A stretch of DNA of 37,714 nt. It comes from Octopus bimaculoides (Eukaryota). The position numbers were made by a program, and so were the translations under genes. Each line of letters opens with the position of its first letter. Positions within the stretch are counted from its first letter, which is position 1. Location of the stretch: contig NC_068983.1 in the NCBI RefSeq assembly GCF_001194135.2, forward strand, positions 149,088,331 through 149,126,044, written 5' to 3'. A model generated the notes under the pieces. The model was not told the DNA's origin, did no database searches, and saw only the letters and a list, made by a program, of their open reading frames with translations. Positions 25,535 to 37,125 of the stretch are shown piece by piece.

Positions 25535-26114
25535 NNNNNNNNNNNNNNNNNNNNNNNNNNNNNNNNNNNNNNNNNNNNNNNNNNNNNNNNNNNNNNNNNN
25601 NNNNNNNNNNNNNNNNNTATATATATATATATATATCCATTTATTTATTTATACACACACAACATACGCGCACGCACTTATATAAATATAGGCAAATAGA
25701 AAATTAAAATTAAATAACAAAACACCAAAAATCAAAATATATAAGTGCTTATTTATTTAATAAATATATATTTACTGTTAAGCATATAAAGCAGGTTGAT
25801 AGCAATTCGTACATGTTCGCAATTGTCTCCCGTACTTTAGGGAAACATGAAGAAAAAATACAAGGCATAGACTAATATCCCGTTTTTCCTTGCTGCATAT
25901 GTTATTGTACTTTAGCATCTTAATGCTCCACACAATAAATATTCCAAAACCGACCTGCTGTTTATCATACTGGTGTAGTGGTGGTGCAGGGCGTCTCGAA
26001 ATAAATATTTTCGTAACAATTCTATCTTTCTACGCCAATAAATATACATTTCTAGGTATACACTTCGAGATTCGTATGCAACCATTTTGGTAAGCTAAGG
26101 TAAGTCTACACTTA

Positions 26115-26151
26115 TCGGTGATGATGCTCAATGAAGCAGAAACTTGTCCGG
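26115..26151 (+). ncRNA. Second minimal hammerhead-like motif, core variant C3G
   Basis: tcg GTGATGA TGCT caatga AGCA GAAA C tt GTC cgg: 4-bp stem II, GAAA, GUC site, 3-bp stem I. Confidence 0.5.
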
Positions 26152-26344
26152 AGTTGTCTCCCGTATGCGAATGGAAACTGAAAAAAAAATTGATATTATT
26201 AACCGCCTGCTATTATCATTTTCTCACAGCATATTTTATTCTATTTTAGCTTTTTAATACGCCATGCATTAAATATGCTGACACATTGAATGTACCGCGA
26301 TAAGAATTGTCATTTCATAATTCCCTTATAACTGAAATACAATG

Positions 26345-26361
26345 ATAATATTAAAAATACT

Positions 26362-26416
<55 letters not shown>

Positions 26417-26430
26417 TTGATAATAATATT
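26345..26430. repeat. (TAA)n microsatellite
   Basis: Direct tandem triplets. Confidence 0.95.
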
Positions 26431-26831
26431 TTGCCTATTGCCCGTAGGAGCACATACAAATCATACAAAAGGGTTTACAAAATACGTGTGCATATATATA
26501 TATGCATATATGGGTACAGGACGTCACCAACTGTGTAAACAATACGAAATACGAAAACAAACGAGTTGAATATGTAAACAACGAGAGGAAAATGGAAAAC
26601 AGGACAAGTAACACAGAGAACGACCCTTCATCAGTTGTCAGCCGTCTATCTACTCCTCATTTCGAGCATTCAACGACAATATGAGTCTTCGAAGACAAAT
26701 TGTCCCATAAATTCCAAAATAAAATTTTGGATTTATGGAGGGCCAAAGTTGGGAACAAAAAACAGGACAATGGTGACATACAAGGAAACCGAATGAAAAC
26801 AGACATGGAGGGTCGTAAGTCCAGAAATATA

Positions 26832-26890
<59 letters not shown>

Positions 26891-27572
26891 NNNNNNNNNN
26901 NNNNNNNNNNNNNNNNNNNNNNNNNNNNNNNNNNNNNNNNNNNNNNNNNNNNNNNNNNNNNNNNNNNNNNNNNNNNNNNNNNNNNNNNNNNNNNNNNNNN
27001 NNNNNNNNNNNNNNNNNNNNNNNNNNNNNNNNNNNNNNNNNNNNNNNNNNNNNNNNNNNNNNNNNNNNNNNNNNNNNNNNNNNNNNNNNNNNNNNNNNNN
27101 NNNNNNNNNNNNNNNNNNNNNNNNNNNNNNNNNNNNNNNNNNNNNNNNNNNNNNNNNNNNNNNNNNNNNNNNNNNNNNNNNNNNNNNNNNNNNNNNNNNN
27201 NNNNNNNNNNNNNNNNNNNNNNNNNNNNNNNNNNNNNNNNNNNNNNNNNNNNNNNNNNNNNNNNNNNNNNNNNNNNNNNNNNNNNNNNNNNNNNNNNNNN
27301 NNNNNNNNNNNNNNNNNNNNNNNNNNNNNNNNNNNNNNNNNNNNNNNNNNNNNNNNNNNNNNNNNNNNNNNNNNNNNNNNNNNNNNNNNNNNNNNNNNNN
27401 NNNNNNNNNNNNNNNNNNNNNNNNNNNNNNNNNNNNNNNNNNNNNNNNNNNNNNNNNNNNNNNNNNNNNNNNNNNNNNNNNNNNNNNNNNNNNNNNNNNN
27501 NNNNNNNNNNNNNNNNNNNNNNNNNNNNNNNNNNNNNNNNNNNNNNNNNNNNNNNNNNNNNNNNNNNNNNNN

Positions 27573-27730
27573 AAGCTTGGATTTTTGTTATTGGCGCAAA
27601 TGTCTATGTGTTGGCTGAATGCTATTTTTCTGCTATGGGGGATTTTGATCTGAGATCTGTGCAGAACCATTCTTTTACGTAGACTGTTTTTTGTTTGGCC
27701 TATGTATTGCTCTATCAATGGGGCGTTCTA
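27573..27730 (-). mobile_element. Penelope-like element fragment, GIY-YIG endonuclease
   Basis: Translation EQYIGQTKNSLRKRMVLHRSQIKIPHSRKIAFSQHIDICA has the YIGQT...L..R...H signature. The rest lies in the gap; 26500-26830 may be its 3' terminal region. Confidence 0.75.
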
Positions 27731-29338
27731 TGAATTTGGACTCATTATCTCTTCTGCATTGTATCGCTGGCAGTTCGCACAGCCATGAATCTCATGCTCT
27801 CCAAGGGAATAGACATTTCTTCCAGCATATTTCTACTGACCACATTTTTTTATTGTTTCTGTCCGTTTTCCGTATTTCCCCTATCTCCATCTCTTCTCCA
27901 TTACATTGCAGCAAAACGATGGTGGGGAATTACTGATGTTTGCAGACCCTGGACAGTCCTCTGTTGAAGAAGGTTCCGTTTATTTTCGCTCTAGCTTATT
28001 CTCAAAGCTGCGATTGGTGGTGCTTCTAGAAACAACAGTAGCAGCATCTGATGATATTTACCTCTGAAGCTTGTCAATGACTTGTCACTGTATGTCACAT
28101 TTTCTTTTTCTCTCTTTTCAACTTCATGGGTCCTTAAGCGATCTTCTCCATCACACGTATATCAACTGGCGTTTTACACTACGCCCAGAATGGTTGACTG
28201 ACTTCTCTGCCCCCTCTGGGATACATTTTCAGGATAGTGTTGTGGGTTTAAGAAAACATTAGAATTTGAGCGTTTAGGAATAGACGTTGTCATCGTAGGC
28301 AACTAGTGAAAGCAGCAAGCATAATTCGATCATGTTTAATCTTCTCAGCGAAGCTTACTCGTTTGCTGATGGCTCATCTAGAATGTTCAATTTATACGTA
28401 AGAAAGAGAGCGCTTCGTGTGTATCAGCAATGAGTACAGGATAAAATATCTCGAGCGGAGAAATTTACTTGGTGTAACATAATGGTGTCAAAACTTCAAT
28501 CAGCCGAAATTATCTCCACTCCCTTAAGGAGCAGTTCAAATCTAAAGGCAAATAAAGAAGATAACTTCTGCAATATCAGCCTAACTACATATTTGCAAAC
28601 TATCTGGTATCTGACGCATGTTTTATTCCTGTAGAAGAAGGGGAAAAAATCATTATACAAGCAATTTTGCATGCCAAATTACGACTATTGCCCCAGAGAC
28701 GCTGGAATTAATTAGATGTCCAGAGTCACAGTACTTCCTAAGTAGCAGAACTTGACATGTCTACGACATTTATGTGAATGTCATAAATGAAAGTCACGGT
28801 GTCCACAGAATAACTTTCATGTTTTGGATGGTGGATTCTTTTGTTCAAAGGGTTTAACTACTTCTGAGAAGTAGATACCTGATGTTACATTTTGTAATCT
28901 TAGTGTGTGGTAAAAGTATCGTCATCAGCAAAGTGAAGCTCACAAAGAAATGCACTCTTTTTTTTTTTTCTTTGTGAAAATTAAATTTACAAAGACTTTC
29001 AAAGTGGAATTCTATATGTTCTCCGATGCTGAAATCTTTAATGGCAGCCCAATGAACAATAGCAAAAAGTTTAAAAGAAAAAAGATAGATATATATACAT
29101 ATATATATAATTATAGTAATAATATTAGGGAATAAAGACTTATTCCAACCTTACAGGCAAAAATCGGTATAATATTACACCGGGTTTCGTAATATATAAT
29201 AAATATGTATATAACTAATTTGGAGACGAGCCACCACTCTACAACTCAGTCAACTAAGAAACCGTCCAAGACCATGCTGTGAGGCATATACCATATGAAT
29301 ATTTATCTAAGATTTTAATAATATATAATATATCATAT

Positions 29339-29752
29339 AAAGGATGAAAAGCAAAGTCAACCTCGGCGGAATTTGAACTCAGAACGTAGCGGCAGACGAA
29401 ATACCGTGAAGCATTTCGCCCGGTGTGCTAACGTTTCTTATTTCTTTATTGCACACAAGGGGCTAAACATAGAGGGGACAAACAAGGACAGACAAAGGGA
29501 TTAAGTCGATTACATCGACCCCAGTGCGAAACTGGTGCTTAATTTATCGACCCCGAAAGGATGAAAGGCAAAGTCGACCTCGGTGGAATTCGAACTCAGT
29601 ACGTAACGGCAGACGAAATACCTATTTCTTTATTGCCCACAAGGGGGCTAAACATAGAGGGGACAAACAAGGGCAGACAAAGGGATTAAGTCGATTACAT
29701 CGACCTCAGTGCGTAACTGGTACTTAATTTATCGACCCCGAAAGGATGAAAG
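29339..29752 (-). mobile_element. Head-to-tail SINE concatemer, at least three units, running into a gap
   Basis: Units 29339-29437, 29438-29622 and 29623-29752 are closely similar to each other and to 4074-4217. Confidence 0.92.
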
Positions 29753-30515
29753 NNNNNNNNNNNNNNNNNNNNNNNNNNNNNNNNNNNNNNNNNNNNNNNN
29801 NNNNNNNNNNNNNNNNNNNNNNNNNNNNNNNNNNNNNNNNNNNNNNNNNNNNNNNNNNNNNNNNNNNNNNNNNNNNNNNNNNNNNNNNNNNNNNNNNNNN
29901 NNNNNNNNNNNNNNNNNNNNNNNNNNNNNNNNNNNNNNNNNNNNNNNNNNNNNNNNNNNNNNNNNNNNNNNNNNNNNNNNNNNNNNNNNNNNNNNNNNNN
30001 NNNNNNNNNNNNNNNNNNNNNNNNNNNNNNNNNNNNNNNNNNNNNNNNNNNNNNNNNNNNNNNNNNNNNNNNNNNNNNNNNNNNNNNNNNNNNNNNNNNN
30101 NNNNNNNNNNNNNNNNNNNNNNNNNNNNNNNNNNNNNNNNNNNNNNNNNNNNNNNNNNNNNNNNNNNNNNNNNNNNNNNNNNNNNNNNNNNNNNNNNNNN
30201 NNNNNNNNNNNNNNNNNNNNNNNNNNNNNNNNNNNNNNNNNNNNNNNNNNNNNNNNNNNNNNNNNNNNNNNNNNNNNNNNNNNNNNNNNNNNNNNNNNNN
30301 NNNNNNNNNNNNNNNNNNNNNNNNNNNNNNNNNNNNNNNNNNNNNNNNNNNNNNNNNNNNNNNNNNNNNNNNNNNNNNNNNNNNNNNNNNNNNNNNNNNN
30401 NNNNNNNNNNNNNNNNNNNNNNNNNNNNNNNNNNNNNNNNNNNNNNNNNNNNNNNNNNNNNNNNNNNNNNNNNNNNNNNNNNNNNNNNNNNNNNNNNNNN
30501 NNNNNNNNNNNNNNN

Positions 30516-30655
30516 ACATATATACGACGGGCTTCTTTCAGTTTCCGTCTACCAAATCCACTCACAAGGGTTTGGTCGGCCTGAGGCTATAGTAGAAGAC
30601 ACTTGCCCAAGGTGGCACGCAGTGGGACTGAACCCGGAACCATGTGGTTGGTTTG
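30516..30655 (-). mobile_element. CORE-type tRNA-derived SINE, partial
   Basis: Reverse complement reads ccacatggttccgggttcagtcccactgcgtgccaccttgggcaagtgtcttctactatagcc: B box plus the CORE-like ccttgggcaagt. Confidence 0.8.
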
Positions 30656-30676
30656 CATATTTACATATATACAGGC

Positions 30677-30707
<31 letters not shown>

Positions 30708-31549
30708 CATACATACATACATACGTGGAAACGTACGTACTTATATTCATATCTACAGAGATTGTTACACTTGCTTCAACGATAACAGTGTTGATGAGTG
30801 AAGTAGCGGTGGTGGTGGTGGTGGTGGTGGTGATGCTGCTGGTAATGGATGTGGTTGACATCGGTGTTAAGTGAAAAGATGGACCATTGAGGGATTTCTT
30901 TTTTTTTGTATTTATTTTTGTATTTATCTACATGCATATTTATCTATTTATTTACTTACAGCCATATCTTTCGGTGAGCAACACTGAAAACTGAAAGCTA
31001 ATACGTTTGTGTTAACTTCGTTAAATTAGAAACCGTTAGTTATTGCTTATTTGGCATTTAGAGACTTGAAGGCGTCGTCGAACGCTTGAACTAGCATCTC
31101 ACTGCTGGCTTATTATTGTTCCAAAATTATCCATCCCGAACGTGTAGTTGGTATCCATTTCCGTAGTGATAATTTAGCATGTCGCCGCCAAGGAACTACT
31201 TTTTCTTTTAATTTGTTAGATTAGAGACACGCGTAATCAGACATAATAAGGAATGTAGTTGTATACATACATTTAGTAAATAGTACACTGTGTAGTTTAG
31301 TTACGGTGAGTCATTCAGGAAGACCGATACATAACTAGGCAATTAATAAATTAGCGCGGATAGAGTAGCCATTTGGCAGGAATGGCTCGAGTGTGAAACA
31401 AAATAGTTTACAGGATTTGGTTTATTCTTCTTCGGTTCTAAGTTTAAATCTCGGTACCAATTTCAAGTGTGTCTTTTCTACCTTCTAGCAGTCGTTAAGT
31501 AAAATACACTAAGTCGCTACAAAATATTAGCTCTGTAACTATTGACTTT

Positions 31550-31668
31550 GAGGAATACTATTTTTTAAGTAGGGAATACTATCTTTTAAGTAGGGAATAC
31601 TATTTTTTAGGGGAATAGTATTTTTAGGGAATACTTTAGGGAATACTTTAGGGAATACTATTTTTTAA
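31550..31668. repeat. Minisatellite with seven GGAATA cores
   Basis: Cores at 31552, 31573, 31594, 31612, 31628, 31640 and 31652 (spacing 21, 21, 18, 16, 12, 12). Confidence 0.9.
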
Positions 31669-32179
31669 ATTCAAAGAATCAATAATGTATTGGTGTATAC
31701 TAAATATACTTTATACCCTCTTCTCACAAATCTGAGGCTCTTCACACTCAACACTGGTAGAATTTGTAAAGAGGACTGAGGATTGAATCAAGAATATTAT
31801 TGGTAGAGCATAAATGAACGAATTGATATATAAACATTACTGGTCAACCAGCAGAGATTCTTAGACCTCAATTTTCCAGTCTACGAGACCTAGATACAAC
31901 CACAGGAAAAGTTATTTTCGATAAATTATTGTCTTATCCTAAGTTAAGTGTGGAGAGTAAAAAATAAGCTAGCCAACTATGAAAAAGTTGACTCCATAAG
32001 CGGAAATGTCTCGATAATAAGTGATGTTTTATTAATATAACTGATTTGTAATTCATTTCTGGTTCTGAAGATGAAAATAGTAATCCTTTCACATCTCAGC
32101 CCAACACCAGACACCCTCAATTTTTTATTTTTTATTTTTATCCTGATCCATTTCATCCATTGCATTCAGACCCTAGCTC

Positions 32180-32800
32180 AGGTTACGATCCACGTGAAGA
32201 TTGTAATGGACAACAGACCATCTCACATCAAATCCATTTGACACTAACTACCTTCTCGGTGATATTATGCACTTGTGCACAAAATGGAGGTGGGATTCTA
32301 TTTAATTAGACTTTTCTTTCGTTTAACTCTTGTGGTGAACTCCAGCAAATTATTGAGAATGCTTTTATGTATATTGTGGAAGATAAAATACGTATGTTCA
32401 GCAGTAATCTGTACAATGCCTATTATATATTCATCCATAAATGGTAAACGTATCAGTTGGTTTAACACCACTACCTGGCCGTTGTGAGCCTTTAGCGGAA
32501 TCTACTCTGTTATAATGATTCGGACCATATTTCCAGTATGAAGATAACTGATATCTGGACGCTCTTTTCTCCGCTACACATTCCTTACATATTACCCCCG
32601 TTTGTTAGAAGATACAGTTTAAAATCGTTTTCCAGCTGAGGCCCGGAGCCAAAGTATACTGGGGTTCTACCTCATGGGTAACACCTAGACATGCTGCCAT
32701 AAATGTTTACAAGCACACCCCTGATCTTTCACACTTACTTGCTATTCTGACAGGGACTAATTACTGGTTGGCAACAACCCAAGTCCTGGTTTCTTCTCTT
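32180..32800 (+). mobile_element. Possible highly decayed CR1/L2-type RT 3' fragment
   Basis: Weak peptide echoes (SINGKRI, DHISSM, RPGAKVYWGST); not firmly alignable by eye. Confidence 0.25.
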
Positions 32801-34665
32801 TCTTGCACTAGTATTTGGGATCCCACAAAAGTCATTGGGTGCTACTTGCCATTAAAAAAAATCAGAACACGTCAATTACAATGAGTACATCCCCTTCAAT
32901 ATATGGATACAAACTTTCGTCAGTAGTCTCCAATAATAGGTCTATTGACTCCAGAGATTATTGATTGTTTTTCTTTTTTTATTTACTTTAGTGCACAGAC
33001 AAATATTTGTAAAGGATATGACGTAGTCTATTGATTGAACACCAGTACTTTACTTGTTTTATTGATCCTGACAGCACTTGGATAGAGAATGCAAAGGAAT
33101 GTAGGTTTTCTTTACTTGCCAGATCTGGAGGAAGGGGCAGTGATTGCGGTCTTGATAGGTCATCCCGACTTGCAACTTAACATAGCAAAAAGGCATAAGC
33201 AGGAAAGGAATCTCAGAGATCCAACGTTATGGACAAGGACTGGGAGTAATGATTAGTACGGGTCCTGTGGAATTGAACACAAGTGCGATGAGAGGAGGGA
33301 AAGACGAATAGGTCGGAAATGCCCGAGTGGGAGCAGTATGGATCTAATCCGAGAATTAGTCAGAAGAAAGAACACTCTTGTGGGACAGATGGTGCGTTTT
33401 TGTCAGTAACTTTGTATTAATTATTTAGATGGCTCTTTTCTGGATATGGTTTCGGATAACTGTGTTGCAGCAATTGTACCGCCCCTGATGTGAGAGCCAC
33501 GCTCATTTAAGGGTCTCACCTAAGCTTTGTAGAATGTCAATATTTGTTGGAGGGTGTTCCTCTTGTTACTCTGAAGAGAAGGGTCAGTTGTTGTGATGTG
33601 ATCCGAGCTACTTTTGTTAGATGTTGATGATAATGAGGCCCAAAATTTGGAGTGATTCTCAGGGATCTTACTGCGTGCTGTTCATGTTTAAGGATGTGTT
33701 GAACGGTGATGTTTTCTGGATATTAGTAACTTTTTGTTTTCTTGATGTGGTGTTTAAAAGAAACATGACTGGTATATTTCTATCAGAGAATGGTTTCAAG
33801 ATCTCTGCTCATGGAATCAGTTTGTCATGTGACTCTAGCTTGAAGAGTGTTTGGGAAGAGGACGTTATGTTTAATAGTCAGTGATGTATAGAAGGAACGA
33901 ATTAGGGTAGAAAAACCGAACCCTGAGGCACATTATGATAGAGCTGTCTTTTAGGAAACTATCTAAACAATATAGTTTTGATAAGGGCGCTGCACACCAG
34001 TCGAAAGCTTTGCTGGGGTTGAGTACGACAATATTGTTGTCACCAGAACACAGGCGAGACCCTACAAGTGGATGACATATAGGAGTAGGTCACCAATGCA
34101 TCTAACTCTACGGAAACTATACTAGCGGCCGTTAATGAATGAGAGAGAGATTGATGGTGCTGAAGAACACCGTTACTTTAGAGATGTAGAAAGTGAGTAT
34201 GATAGAGCCATAGTTGTCAGATTCAGAGCGATGTCTTTCTTAAGAATTGGACACACTGTGATAAGTTTCCAAAGGCCAAAGTAGACCACTGTCGAGAGTG
34301 AGAGATTGAAGAGTTTGGTGAGTATAGGGGTAAGCTTTGAGGCACAATGTTTAAAGGTAATCGAAAGGATATCACCAGATGTGTTTAAGGGTAATCGAAA
34401 AGACATCACCTGTAATTTCGTTGCTTTAAAGCGACCTGAGGTACATTTATAGTGTGTGTGTGTGTGTGTGTGTGTGTGNNNNNNNNNNNNNNNNNNNNNN
34501 NNNNNNNNNNNNNNNNNNNNNNNNNNNNNNNNNNNNNNNNNNNNNNNNNNNNNNNNNNNNNNNNNNNNNNNNNNNNNNNNNNNNNNNNNNNNNNNNNNNN
34601 NNNNNNNNNNNNNNNNNNNNNNNNNNNNNNNNNNNNNNNNNNNNNNNNNNNNNNNNNNNNNNNNN

Positions 34666-34706
<41 letters not shown>

Positions 34707-34707
34707 C

Positions 34708-34739
<32 letters not shown>

Positions 34740-35704
34740 AACGTGGTGAGCTTAGAATAGTGGAAGGTGATATATTTGAAGATTTTCCAAATGTGCTCAG
34801 TGATGCTCACAGAATCATCGTTGTTGTGAAGTGGAGGGAAAGAAAACTCTGCAAAATTGGCAAGGGACCAGTATGATCGACCGCATTTTGGGAGGTGGGA
34901 AACTTTGAGGGTATGCATAAAGGCATCTTTTGTGGTGTGGCTAATGATCTTGTAGGAATTGCTTTAGTGGTAAACAGTGCCAGATTTTTGTTTCTTTTTT
35001 TTTTTAGGAGTGGGGAGTTCAGGTACTATAAATCGTTCCTAAACAGCTGCGCGCCAAAATGAGTGATCTAGTTGTAAGACTTGAGACACTGATTTATTAT
35101 TTTTTTTTTATTGTGTGATGGCATAGAGGGACATGCTTGAAAGGATACACTGACCAAGAATGATGTATATTACCTAGAATAGTAAGAATAAAATTGCCAA
35201 AGCTTCGATCATTCCGCTGGTATAAAATGCCAAAAGTTGCTGGGGTACGTGTGTTTTGTGGTAAGTCAATGTGCATTGGATAGTTGCGATAAGGCAATGG
35301 TCGTTCGACTCGGTAGGTTCCGAGGTAGTTACAGTTTGATAAAGATTACGTTTGAAAATGAGAAAGAGACTCACGGATGATTGGAGGTATTTGTATACCA
35401 ATCAGAACGCATGTAAGAGATAAGATACATTAATGTGAAGAGTTGAGGACTGTAAAATATTCCCTTTCTGCACCTGTAGCATCGGTATAGGGTGAGTTAG
35501 AAGGTCACAAGGAGTTATGATCACTGAACCTGCCGAAGACAATAACTTCGAAGAAGGAAGAAGTGAGAATATGCCTTATATGTACATGGAGATATGAGCG
35601 CAGAGGTGTTGATAGTTCATTGAGTTAGAAGAGCGTTAGAGGGAGCAGTGTTATTTGAAAGAGTGAAGGAGAGTTTGAATCATAGTAAATATATGTCATT
35701 ATTA

Positions 35705-36091
35705 GTGGAGGCGCAATGGCCCAGTGGTTGGGGCAGCGGACTCACGGTCGTAGGATCGCGGTTTCGATTCCCTGACCGGGCGTTCTGAGTGTTTATTGAT
35801 CGAAAACACCTAAAAGCTCCACGAGGCTCCGGCAGGGGATGGTGGCGAACCCTGCTGTACTCTTTCACCACAACTTTCTCTCACTCTTACTTCCTGTTTC
35901 TGTTGTGTCTGTAATTCAAAGGATCAGCCTTGTCACACTGTGTCCCGCTGAATATGCCCGAGAACTACGTTAAGGGTACACGTGTCTGTGGAGTGCTCAG
36001 CCACTTGCACGTTAATTTCACGAGCAGGCTGTTCCGTTGATCGGATCAACTGGAACCCTCGACGTTGTAAGCGACGGAGTGCCAACCAACC
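35705..36091 (+). mobile_element. Full-length SINE (same family as 12091-12474) with perfect 14-bp TSD
   Basis: atatgtcattatta at 35691-35704 and 36092-36105; A and B boxes present; ccaac tail. Confidence 0.93.
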
Positions 36092-36115
36092 ATATGTCAT
36101 TATTACTGATATCCA

Positions 36116-36323
36116 GCGAGTCGGCAGAATCGTTAGCACACCGGGGAAAATGTTTGGCGGCATTTCACCTGTCTTTACGTTCTGTGCTGAAATTCCGTCG
36201 AGGTTGACTTTGCATTTCATCCTTTCAGGGACGATGAAATAAGTACCAGCTGAGCACTGGGATCGATCTAATCGACTTATTCCATCCCCTGAACTTGCTG
36301 GCCTTGTACTAAGATTTGAAACT
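36116..36323 (+). mobile_element. SINE (family related to 15880-16110) with perfect 17-bp TSD
   Basis: attattactgatatcca at 36099-36115 and 36324-36340. Confidence 0.92.
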
Positions 36324-36855
36324 ATTATTACTGATATCCAAGCGAAGGAGATGATTAACAAATGAGTGGGTTATACGTAAGTGAAGACACCACTTTTCTA
36401 AGTAAAATTTGAATAAAGTATGTAGCCTGGACAGTGGAGATGGGGAGGTGGCAGAAGTTAAGAAATATGTGTCTTGGAGAGGAATAGGACACAGAGTTTG
36501 CATATGAGTAAAAGGTTATGAGTGGGATGTTGGTTCATAGAATATTGTGTGACTTACAGCCGTTTCTTCAATGCACCACACTTAACCTCAAAAGACCTTG
36601 ATGTGGAACCTTTGATGGCCATTGGAAGATGTTCATACAATGACTAAAGTTCATGCATATTAAAGTCTCAAATTTATTGCAGGATACATTTTTACACTGG
36701 TGGTGAGCATCGTTATAAACCAAAGTTTTCCTGAAAGAGTTCAGCTTTTATTTCGCTTACAATGTAACAGAGATCGTTATACGACCTACAAATGAATTAC
36801 ATCAAAGTTTCGCATAAGTTTCAGTCTCTCAAATACATACATATGCATATAAACA

Positions 36856-36956
<101 letters not shown>

Positions 36957-37086
36957 ATGTTTGGCTGTATTTGTTTATGTTCATCATATTTATACATCAC
37001 TGTTATTTCGTTTAGGTCATTTTTGTTAAATTTATGCACATTACCTAGACCATAAATACACACACTCGCACATGCACACATACACA

Positions 37087-37125
<39 letters not shown>

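Larger units (their letters stand above)
33090..36560 (-). mobile_element. Near full-length decayed CR1-type LINE ORF2 (APE and RT), interrupted by two SINEs, a (TG)n tract and a gap
   Basis: Ordered minus-strand motifs LFLSKTHI..CPGYILYSNFT*KSGVFTYV, ESNDHCLI, RSYWSLA..SFPPL, ITFKHCASKLTPILTKLFNLSLST..WKLITVCPILKK, VVLNPSKAFD, VPQGSV and IQKRAI. Confidence 0.85.

Noticed and set aside
26595-26640. Minus-strand CTGATGA-AGGG...TCTCT...ACTTGTC as a third hammerhead
   Set aside because: GAAA is missing and stem I does not pair; at most a decayed relic.
28063-28170. Minus-strand donor GAG|gtaaat after the open frame GEDRLRTHEVEKREKENVTYSDKSLTSFR
   Set aside because: An in-frame stop lies just downstream of the nearest acceptor, and the other frames are closed.
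29339-29752. CRISPR-like array (also considered for 31550-31668)
   Set aside because: Eukaryotic context, no unique spacers and no cas genes; these are SINE units and a minisatellite.
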